Positions 24,690 to 34,109 of a stretch of 64,000 nt of DNA are shown piece after piece. The stretch comes from Selaginella moellendorffii (lineage: Eukaryota; Plantae; Lycopodiophyta). The stretch spans positions 1,049,663-1,113,662 of the forward strand of contig NW_003314280.1 of assembly GCF_000143415.4 (NCBI RefSeq), in the 5' to 3' direction. The notes under the pieces are model-generated. The model saw only the letters and a program-made list of their open reading frames with translations, was not told the origin of the DNA and did not search any database. Made by a program: the position numbers and the translations under genes. Numbering within the stretch: position 1 is the first letter of the stretch; every line of letters starts with the position of its first letter.

Positions 24690-27600
24690 ATGATGAATCC
24701 GCTTGTCTCCGTTGGCTGCCTCCCAGAGTTTAACAGGGTTGAAGCTCACCATGTTGTTCCAGGGGTCAAGCAAGTTGTCAAGGAACTGGTACGTGTAGAT
24801 TTTATGATAAAAAATTGTCATTGTGGTGTTTATTTCTTCCTCCAGGAAAAGGATTTGCTTGAGCTGGAGTGCTTTGCTGCCTCAAGTTTTGGAGAGAATG
24901 GTGGCGATCTGTGGGAGGCGCTCGTCCATCCCTTCGAACGCATTCTTGATCGCTTGACTGTGGTATGGGGGATTGTTTCGCATCTCAAGGATGTCAAGGA
25001 TTCCGACGCTCTTCGAGCTGCTGTGGACGAAGCACAAGTAACTTTACTTGTTCTTTCTCCTGAGTTTTAGGACTGTTGTGCAGCCCTTGAGAACGAACTT
25101 TTTGTTGAGGTTAGGACAGAGCAAGGCTTTGTATCAGGCGTTTGAGAAGATCCGCAATGGTGCCTTGTTCGATACACTGAACGAAGCTCAGCAACGAGTT
25201 GTAGAAGGTATGTGAGCGCTTCATTTGATCTCTTGTGGAGTTCTCTCTCTTTTTTTCCTTCAGGACGTTTGAAAGATGCCATACTAAATGGAGTGGCATT
25301 AGAACATGAGAAGAAAGTGCATTTTAATGAGATCCAACAGGTATATATATGTGTTTGTTGGCTAACATTTCAAAGTTTTGCAGGAGCTGGAGAAATTACT
25401 GAACAAATTCAGTGAAAATGTGCTGGACTCCACCAAGTTGTTTGGGAAGCTGGTGACTGATATTTCTGTTCTTGAAGGCTTGCCGGAAACGGCTCTTGCT
25501 CTTGCTGCACAAGCCGCAGTATCCAACGTAAGATCCTTTAGTTCGCTATTGATAATGCTTTGGTCATGTTGTATTTTTTGCAGGGATACGAAGGCGCCAA
25601 TGCGAAGAGTGGACCGTGGCTGATAACTCTGGACAGTTCCATGTACTCGGGAGTGATGAGATTTGCGAGAAACCGTGACCTTCGCGAGGAAGTATATCGC
25701 GCAGACATCACAGTGGCCTCCGGAGAGAGTTTTGATAACTTCCCTGTAATTACAAGAATTCTCGAGCTTCGCCAGCAGAAAGCGGAGTTGTTAGGATGCG
25801 AAAACCATGCTCAGGTAATATTACCTATACATGAGAGTCTAAAAAGTTCTTTTTAGTACAGGTGAGTATGCTTCAAAAGATGGCGACACTGGATTCTTGT
25901 CATGCACTTCTCGAAAAACTGCATAGTTGTTCACGAGCTGCTGCTATTCGAGGTCTATGTTCTCTCTGCTATCAAAGCTTATTGCAAGTGTTTTTCTTTT
26001 TCGTTGATCTTCGTTTTAGACATGCGGGAGCTTGAGGAATTTGTGAGAAGTGAAAACTCAGAAGAAGATGAGAATTTGTTCCACTGGGACATTCCATATT
26101 GGACGGAGCGCTTCAGGGAGGCCAAGCTTGACATGAATGATGTAAGTTTTCCTTCCAAGGCTTGGTCATATTTGCTCACTTTATTTTGGAATTTTTAGGA
26201 GGAACTCAGGCCGTATTTCTCCATGCCTAATGTCATGGATGGCCTGTTCAGCCTTGCGAAGCGCTTGTTTGGCGTCCACATTGAAGAGTTGGAAGAAAAT
26301 ACACCAGTAAGCGTGCATGCCAAAACTATGATCCATCTATCTCAATCTGAATAACAGGTCTGGGACAAAGAAGTTAAGCTTTACAAGGTGGCAGAATGCG
26401 CCAGCGGAGAAAATCTGGGATACTTTTACCTGGACCCATTCTCGAGGCCGCACCAGAAGAGAAGTGGAAATTGGATGGGCGTAGTCTTTAACAGAAGCCA
26501 TGCAGCTGTGCAAAAAGGTGGCGGGGTGCGATTGCCTGTCGCTCATATTGTCTGCAACCAGGCACCACCATTACCCGATCAGCCAAGCTTGATGACGTTC
26601 TATGAGGTAGTAGCAGTAGGCTTTTTTATAATCATGATCTTATGGGTAGCGCTGACAAGTTTGACGGAGCACTTATGATTGAAACTTTGCAGGTGACAAT
26701 GCTGTTTCATGAGTTCGGGCATGCTTTGCAGCACCTTTTGAGCAAACAGGACGAGGGTCTTGTGGCTGGATCCGAAGGAATAGAGTGGGATGCAGTCGAG
26801 ATTCCCTCCCAGTTTATGGAGAACTGGTGCTATGACAGGTCTGATTCGATTGTAACAAACTAGTCTTCAACTAATCTCGTGATCGCAGGAACACTTTGAT
26901 GAGCTTTGCAGTGCACTATAGAACTGGCCAAGAGCTCCCAGAGGCGCTATATACGAAACTCAAGTCGTCAAGAACGTTTTTCTCGGCTTCAAACGTTCTT
27001 TATCTGGTAAGCCGAATGAAGAAAAGTTTTCTTGGAATAATTTCTCGTTTTTGAATGCACACAGGTTTCCCGCTCTCTGATTGATCTCAAGCTGCATGCA
27101 AAGCTCGAAGCCGTGAATTCGAAAGAGATTTACAACTTGTGCAACAAGGTTGCAGGGGAGATATTGATATTACCCCCTTTGCCTGAAGACAAGTCCATCT
27201 GCAAATTCCTCCACTTATTCGCCAGTATGTGTTTTTCCTCTATTTCTAATCTCTCCTGTATTTTTTCTCTTACTGGACTTATGTTGTTGGTTGTCATTCT
27301 TGTAGCAACTGAGTATGCAGCTGGTTACTATAGCTACCTGGTAAGCTGGCCTCAGAAAACATATCCTGACACTCAAAAAGAATCTTGGTATGATTCTGTG
27401 CAGTGGTCTGAGGTTCTGTCATCAGATGCTTTTGGAGCGTTTGAAGAAGCAGGCCTTGAAAATGAAACTGTGAGTGAAAACAATCATTAGTGGGAAGCCA
27501 TTGTTTCGCTTTTGTATGTTTCACAGGCCGTTAAGGAGGCAGGAAAATTATTTAAGCAGACAATTCTTGAGCTTGGTGGAGGCAGAGCGCCTGCTAAAGT

Positions 27601-27717
27601 AAAACTTTTGATAAATTTACACTAAACTCACGACGAGCTCTGCAGGTTTTTGAAGATTTCCGTGGAAGAGGCCCCAGCATAAATGCTCTTCTCAGGCATA
27701 GAGGTCTCGTGGTATAA
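24690..27717 (+). CDS. Oligopeptidase A / thimet oligopeptidase (peptidase M3A), multi-exon, no obvious transit peptide
   Basis: HEFGHALQH zinc motif, [50 protein letters not shown]; many ~55-nt GT-AG introns. Confidence 0.93.
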
Positions 27718-28367
27718 ATGTTGGTATATATATTGCTGCTTATCTAATAGCATAATCACTAAAAAAACCATGACTTTGAAAACAAAATGCTCGTGAGGAG
27801 CTAGCAATGGAGGACGAGTCCGCGAGTAAACACTGGAATTTCACGGTACACTCCTGCTCCGATCTTAATAAGATGGTTACTCCGTGGACGCTGTGCAGAG
27901 AAAGCCCGATCGCATCAGAGCCGAGGCCGCCGAGTACCGAAAGCTGCTACCTCTTCGCCTCAAGGAGCAGTGATAGCGGTGGGCGTCTCGTTCTCGGTCT
28001 CCTCCACTTGAATACAGCTAAAGTTCATGAAGAAGCTGGAGCCAGACTACGCGCGGACGTAAGCTTCGGGGGCGACTCTTTTCCTTGGGTGAGGACTTAT
28101 GACAGAAGCAAAGCGAAGAGAAACGCTGCAGGAGAAAAAATTCTCGAGCGAGTGATATTGGCATGAAGACTTAGATGGAACAACCGATCAGAGAGAGCCG
28201 ATCGCTCATAACAAACACACGAATTAGAGACAAGCTTGCGTGAGCTGGAGCTGCTATTAGACTAGGAGAACATATGAATTTTATTGAGTGTGGGGTCTCC
28301 TAGGGCGACCAAAACAACACAGACATCAGCAACGTAATGGAAGAAAGAAAAAAAGATTACCATTTGT

Positions 28368-28559
28368 TCAGGGCCCATACTTGTTGGTTATATTCGGGCC
28401 GCTGATGCTGGTTCCCGGCCCGCTTGGCCCTTCGGCTTTGGCAATGTGGCCTCCCTTGAGTGATGGCATTGGCATTGGCATGTCATCTCCATCACCCTGC
28501 CCAAAAGAGCTAGCCACTAGGAGGAGGGTAAAGACAACAAGAAACTTTGCAAGAGTCAT
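28368..28559 (-). CDS. Small secreted peptide precursor (63 aa)
   Basis: Signal peptide MTLAKFLVVFTLLLVASSFG, TATAAA ~45 nt upstream, 61-nt GT-AG intron (28360-28300) in the 3' UTR, then AATAAA. Confidence 0.72.
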   Translation of the reverse strand: MTLAKFLVVFTLLLVASSFGQGDGDDMPMPMPSLKGGHIAKAEGPSGPGTSISGPNITNKYGP

Positions 28560-29183
28560 TGAGAGTATTCGACGAGAGTAAGTTCGTGGTGGATTTGTGT
28601 TGTTTTATAGCCAAGGATCGTACACCACCAATATGCATGAGCAAGTCATGCTCTTTCTTTCCTTCGTTGTGGAAAGAGATGTTATATGTCCGGTTCTCAC
28701 AACTTCGTCGACTGCTTTTGATATTCTTTCTGCATAGAAGAAGTATAGAAGAAGATGGTGCTGTGAAGTTATGTCTGTATCATAAAGAGAACACTGAATC
28801 GCCCAGGTCGCTCTTCGCGCTGAGGCTCTCGTGAACCTACATTTATTAGTTAAACCAAGAAGAAAAGGTAAAGAGTTTGATCATAGTTCTTTCTTTTCCA
28901 GGATCTGGCAGACAAAGAGGCGACTATACGAGATAGATATATTGTGCAAAGATATCTAAATGGAGCAGCCTTCCATCGCAATGGCTTGGCAGACAGACAA
29001 TCTTTAGATTTAATTCTATGCTGACTATACAGTTAGCTTCACAAGGTGCCGCAATTCTTCCACAGGGAGGTCAATTCCTGACTTATAAAACGCCACTCTT
29101 CTCTTCCGCTAGAGCATTCGTTGTTTCTTCTCGCAGAGTCCTCAGGTGTGTCCTTCGTGGTAGAAACGAGGAGTTCTAGCAAA

Positions 29184-29629
29184 ATGGCTCTGGCTTTGAA
29201 GTGGCTAGCATTTCTCGTCCTGCTCATTTTTGTGATTGCCGAGGTGCATTGCCTGATTGAGTTCTTCGGGATCGTGTTTTAACGAATCTCTTTTTCTTTT
29301 TGTCTGTGGCAGAATGGCAATGTGGTTCTTGGCAGCAGAGATTTGACTGGAATCGGTGAGACATCTTTCACTGTTTCTTAAGTTTCGAGCTTCTAGTTTT
29401 GCTGGTTGGATCGAGTATAAGTGATGGGTCTTTGTTTCTCTTTCGCAGACTGTTGAGGAAAGTGCAAGTACGGATGCTCTCTAACTCATGGGAGCCCGAG
29501 ATGTGCAACAAGATGTGTAACATATGTTGTAGCAAGTGCTTTTGCGTTCCAAATGGCCCAAAAGCGAGCAAGAAAGAGTGCCCGTACGATGCCGTCCTCA
29601 ACAACAAGGGAAAGCCCAAATGCCCGTGA
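29184..29629 (+). pseudogene. GASA/Snakin pseudogene
   Basis: Three-exon GASA layout with signal peptide and CNKMCNICCSKCFCVP..KPKCP. In-frame TGA at 29454-29456, a 1-nt frameshift near 29480, and the second Cys of CPCY is missing. Confidence 0.85.
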
Positions 29630-29699
29630 AAAAAAATTCCCTTTTTCGCTATTCGTGTAGGAATGCTACTCTGTTTTTAGGGTTCCTGGAAGCGGTGTG

Positions 29700-30200
29700 A
29701 GTGCGTCCGGCTGCTCAAATCCGCGCGCCACATTGCCGACGCCCGCAATGTCCACTCCCAGGTGCTGCAATCGCGATTCATGTCCACCGACGGCATCTTC
29801 CTCAACCTCCTCATCCAAATCCAGCATCCCCCTCTTCCGCCAGGAATCCCTTCTCCTGGCGCCAAATCTTCCTCTCCTGCCTCGCCAGCAGCAGAGATCT
29901 CTCTCGTGTACTCTCGATCCTCACCAGCAGAGATCTCTCTCGTGTGCTCTCGATCCTGGCCAGGATGCCTGAATTGGATGTGGTTTCCTCCACCGCAGCG
30001 GGTGGCGGATCCAAATCCCCAAAGCTGGGGATTTGGATCTTATCTTTGATGGCATTCGATTCCCCAGCGTCATCTCCCGGAGCACGATCCTGGAATACCT
30101 CTTCGATCGAATTCTCGAGCGAGAGATTGTTTCGTGGACTATCCTCCTCGAAGGAAATTTTGCTCGATCCAAGCTTACTGTGGCGCGCGGTGGCCTGGAA
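29700..30200 (+). pseudogene. PPR relic
   Basis: DGIFLNLLIQ, LIFDGIRFPSVIS, LFDRILEREIVSWTILL. Confidence 0.55.
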
Positions 30201-30434
30201 CTCGGCGTTCTCTCCTTCCGTGGGACCCGGCGACCTAAACTCGGCGATAGCGATCTTTCACCTGGGAAGATCCTTGCAAGCTTTGTAAGATCCAAGTCCA
30301 GGAAACTAAACAATCTACATCCTTCAAATGACGACCAAAGGGATTTCCACCGTGCGCATTTGTGTGTGGGCTCGTCAAGCCTCTAGCTTTTGAAAAGTCC
30401 AGTCTCTGTGGCCACAGCCCCATGGAGAACTTCT

Positions 30435-30830
30435 TCCTCACGCTAAGCTAGTTACCAGGAATTGAACGGGCGCGTTTTGTTTTGGCCTGCAGCATGGAAG
30501 CTCAGCAGTTGATCGAGCTGCTTGTTTGATTTGAGACACTTGAAAAGAACAACTAGACACTCCTCATACACCAGGAGAAAACCATCCAGTTCCATGAAGA
30601 GATCATGGAGGTATTTGTCGTCGTCTCCATCGTCACAAATCCAATGCCTCGGGACTCCCTAGTAAAAGGCAACATTCTATAATCTCATTTTTTTTCACGA
30701 TCAAAGCCTGGATAAAGAAGAAAGAAAAAGAAAAGGTTCAGCTTGCATTGGCAAAGTTACTCTTCGAGCCATTCTCGTCGAAAGCCCTACAAGTTTACTC
30801 CGGCTCCTGAGAAGAAGGAAAAAATCAGAT
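30435..30830 (-). pseudogene. Intron-retaining degenerate fragment of the SR45a gene
   Basis: Matches 38893-39560 (GGGCGCGTTTT..TTGGCCTGCA, CCATCGTCACAAATCCAA, CTCTCGTCGAAAGCCC, CCTGAGAAGAAGGAAAAAA). Confidence 0.8.
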
Positions 30831-31082
30831 CCAAGTTACAGGAAACAAATTGCTATCCCATGGGTGTTAGATTAAATTCAATCGACTATTCCACAAGCTA
30901 GTTAAACTTTTTGGCTTTCTCCAGTATAGAAGCACAACAAAAGCTCTACTGCCAAATTCTAGGAAACATGAAAGTTTTGAGCTTAGAGTAAGAATATTCT
31001 CGAATATTCTTTACTGAAGAATATTCTTAAACAGGGCGACGAATATGCCTCCATAAACCCTAGATTGCGAGGGAAATGTTTG

Positions 31083-34000
31083 ATGCCTGGGACGCAATGG
31101 GCGAGGCGCGCGGCCAGGGAATGCTTGGCTCGAGCTCGATCGCCGCCGGCATCGCAACGGGGCGGAGGAGGAGGGCGGGCAAGCACTGGCGAGGAAGTGA
31201 ATCTTGTCGAGCAGCAGCGTGGCTTGATCGCCGCGCTCCAGGAATGCAAGCAGTCTAGGGATCTCCAGCGAGGTCGCAGGCTGCATTCTCAGGCGCTCGA
31301 GAGCGGCGGCGGCCTTGTGCGTAGCATCTACGTCGCGACGACGCTGGTGGTTATGTATGCTCGATGCGGCAGCATGGAGGAAGCCCGGCAGGTTTTCGAC
31401 GGGATGAAATCCAGGAATGTGGTGTCGTGGACGGCTTTGATCCTCGGCTATGTGGAGAATGGAAGAAGCGAGACTGGCTTGGAGCTGTTCGAGAGGATGG
31501 AGAGGGAAGGGTGTAGAGCCGATGCTCGGACTTTCGTGGCCGGGATCATGGCCTGTGGGACTCTGGCAGCCAAGGAAGGTGGTCAGGGGAATTCGTTGAG
31601 CGATGGAAGAGTTCTAGCAGGCAAAGAAGATGCTTCTTCTGGAAGAGTTCTAGCAGCCAGAGAAGATGGTTCTTCACGGGAAAAGTCTTGGCGGGATGAG
31701 AAAGATGTGAAGAAGAGGATCAAGTTACAAGCTCTGGAAAGAGGGAGAGAGATGCATCGACGAGCTGCCGAGGCTGGCTGCGAGATGAACTTGTTCGTGG
31801 CGAATACTCTGGTGGACATGTACTCGCGTTGTGGGAGCCTGGTCAATGCTCGAGCAGTGTTTGAGAGGATGCCGTGTCACAGCTTGGTCTCGTGGACGGC
31901 ACTTATCCAGGGTTGTGTGGAGAATGGAGAAGAAGAGAGAGCGCTGGAGCTCTTTTCACGAATGCAAGAGTCGCGAGGAGGGTCTTTGCCGGATGCTCAA
32001 ACGTTTGTGGCCGTTCTCGCGGCGTGTTCTGCTCTGGCAACGAAAGAGAAAGACATATCCAGCAGCAGCAGCAGCAGCAGCAGCAAAGAGAGGAAAGCTT
32101 TTTTGAAAGAGAAGGCGCTGGAAACAGGACTGGTGCTTCATTCCGAGGCCGAGAAAGCTGGGGTCACCTCCAACATCTTTGTGGCAAACAAGCTTGTGGA
32201 TATGTACTCCAAGTGTGGGAGTATGGAGGATGCGAGAAGAGTTTTTGACAGGATGGCCTTCCACGACGTTGTGACTTGGACGTCTCTCATCCTGGGATAT
32301 GTAGAAAGCGGAGAAGCAGCATTGGGATTGGAACTCTTCGATCTCTTGGTGACATCTCAGCAAATTTTTCGAGATCCTCGGTTCTTCGTGGCTGGACTCA
32401 TGGCCTGTGCTAGTTTGGTGGAGACGAGCAAGGCCGACTGCCTGGAAAAACTGGCTTTTATTCACTCTCAAGCTGGGAAGAGCGGGTGTGACTCGGACAT
32501 GTTCGTGGCCAGCACTCTGGTGGATTTGTATGCCAAGTGTGGCAGCATTGGAAACGCTCGCGGGGTTTTCAATCGGATGCCTCAACGGGACGTGGTTTCC
32601 TGGACTTCTCTAGTTCTGGGATATGTGGAGAGAGGCCAGGGGGACATGGCTCTGATGCTTTTCTCGCTCATGCAACGTGAAGGTTGCGTTCCAGACGCTC
32701 GGACTTACGTCGCTGCCTTCATGGCTTGTGCGAGCCTGGCCGAGCATAAAGAAGAGTTACTAGATGGAAGAAAGGTCGAGGCTCTCCAGGAAGGAAAGCG
32801 TCTCCACTCGGAGGCTGTGAAGTGTGGCTTTCTCTCGGACAAGGTGGTGGCAAATTCCCTGGTAGACATGTACGCGCGCTGCGGAAGTATGGTGGAAGCT
32901 CGAAAAGTTTTCGACGAGATGCCGAGTCTAGACGTGGTTTCGTGGAATTCACTGCTGCTAGGATATGTTGTTAACGGGGAGAGTGAAGTGAGTTTGGAGC
33001 TGTTCGAGGAAATGCAACGCAAAGGCTGGGATCCGGACGCTCGGACTTTCGTTGCTGTTTTCAAGGCCTGCGGCAACCTGACATCCGAGAAGGAGGAATC
33101 GACGGCTGAGTGGCTCAAGCGAGGCAGTGCATTCCATCTTCAAGCTTCTCAGTGCGAGCTGGATTCTCACATCTTCGTGGCCAATAGTTTGATCGACATG
33201 TATGCCAAGTGTGGAAGCTTGGCCGACGCTCGAGCAGTCTTCGACAAAATGCCACTCCACGACTTGGTATCCTGGAACACGCTGCTCTCCGGCTACGCAG
33301 ACAATGGAGAGAGCGAGAAAGCTCTCGAAGTCTACAAGCTCATGCGCAAAGAGGAGAGCTCCTCGTGCCGGCCAGACGCTCGAACTTTTGTTCCACTCTT
33401 GAAGGCCTGCTCCAACACCGCAGCTCTGGAAACTGGGAGAGCCATCCACGGCGAAGCTGTGCGGTCGGGAGTGGAAAGCAGTCCATTCCTCGCAGCCTCT
33501 CTGGTGGATTTCTACGGCAAGTGTGGAGGAAACATGGCTCAGGCGGAGCAAGCCTTCGACGTGACTCCAACCAGGAACTTGACGCTGTGGAGCGCTCTCA
33601 TGGCTGGCTATGGTCGACTTGGAGACACGAACCAGGTACTTGGGCTGTTCCAGACGCTCGAGGAGACAGGCTTGCGGCTGGACGGAGCTACGTTTTGCTC
33701 GCTTCTCACCGCGTGTAGCCATGCCGGGCTGGTCGACCGGGGAAGAGAAGTTTTCCTCGTGATGGCTTCCAAGTATGGTGTTACTCCTGGCGTGGAGCAC
33801 TACCACTGCCTGGTGGATTTACTGGGACGAGCTGGGCTTGTCGAGGAAGCAGTGAGCGCCGTGAAAAAAATGCCGCTCGGGCCGAGCGTGGTGGCGTGGA
33901 AGACGGTGCTGGCTGCGGCTCGGAAGTGGCAGAAGGTGGAGATTGGAAAGATGGCGTTTCAAGCGTTGGCAGCGCTGGAGGTGGAGGTAGACGAGGATCA

Positions 34001-34109
34001 AGCTGGATCCACGTTTGCGTTGATGGCGAACATCTACGCTGGAGCTGAGATGTGGGAAGAACAGGCACAAGTTCTCAAGCAAAAGAAGAGCTTGTTCTTG
34101 GCAACTTAA
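31083..34109 (+). CDS. PLS-class PPR protein, E subclass (no DYW), long-loop L motifs
   Basis: Repeated P-L-S triplets (LVDMYAKCGS, DVVSW), ACSHAGLV, EHYHCLVDLLGRAG, E motifs; Arg/Ala-rich N-terminus; first in-frame ATG at 31083. Confidence 0.93.
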   Translation: MPGTQWARRAARECLARARSPPASQRGGGGGRASTGEEVNLVEQQRGLIAALQECKQSRDLQRGRRLHSQALESGGGLVRSIYVATTLVVMYARCGSMEEARQVFDGMKSRNVVSWTALILGYVENGRSETGLELFERMEREGCRADARTFVAGIMACGTLAAKEGGQGNSLSDGRVLAGKEDASSGRVLAAREDGSSREKSWRDEKDVKKRIKLQALERGREMHRRAAEAGCEMNLFVANTLVDMYSRCGSLVNARAVFERMPCHSLVSWTALIQGCVENGEEERALELFSRMQESRGGSLPDAQTFVAVLAACSALATKEKDISSSSSSSSSKERKAFLKEKALETGLVLHSEAEKAGVTSNIFVANKLVDMYSKCGSMEDARRVFDRMAFHDVVTWTSLILGYVESGEAALGLELFDLLVTSQQIFRDPRFFVAGLMACASLVETSKADCLEKLAFIHSQAGKSGCDSDMFVASTLVDLYAKCGSIGNARGVFNRMPQRDVVSWTSLVLGYVERGQGDMALMLFSLMQREGCVPDARTYVAAFMACASLAEHKEELLDGRKVEALQEGKRLHSEAVKCGFLSDKVVANSLVDMYARCGSMVEARKVFDEMPSLDVVSWNSLLLGYVVNGESEVSLELFEEMQRKGWDPDARTFVAVFKACGNLTSEKEESTAEWLKRGSAFHLQASQCELDSHIFVANSLIDMYAKCGSLADARAVFDKMPLHDLVSWNTLLSGYADNGESEKALEVYKLMRKEESSSCRPDARTFVPLLKACSNTAALETGRAIHGEAVRSGVESSPFLAASLVDFYGKCGGNMAQAEQAFDVTPTRNLTLWSALMAGYGRLGDTNQVLGLFQTLEETGLRLDGATFCSLLTACSHAGLVDRGREVFLVMASKYGVTPGVEHYHCLVDLLGRAGLVEEAVSAVKKMPLGPSVVAWKTVLAAARKWQKVEIGKMAFQALAALEVEVDEDQAGSTFALMANIYAGAEMWEEQAQVLKQKKSLFLAT

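Noticed and set aside
27807-28166. 119-aa ORF after the oligopeptidase
   Set aside because: No recognisable motif or supporting gene signals; not excluded but unsupported.
29454-29456. TGA in the Cys-rich GASA as selenocysteine or read-through
   Set aside because: A frameshift and a lost Cys follow, so ordinary pseudogenisation explains it.
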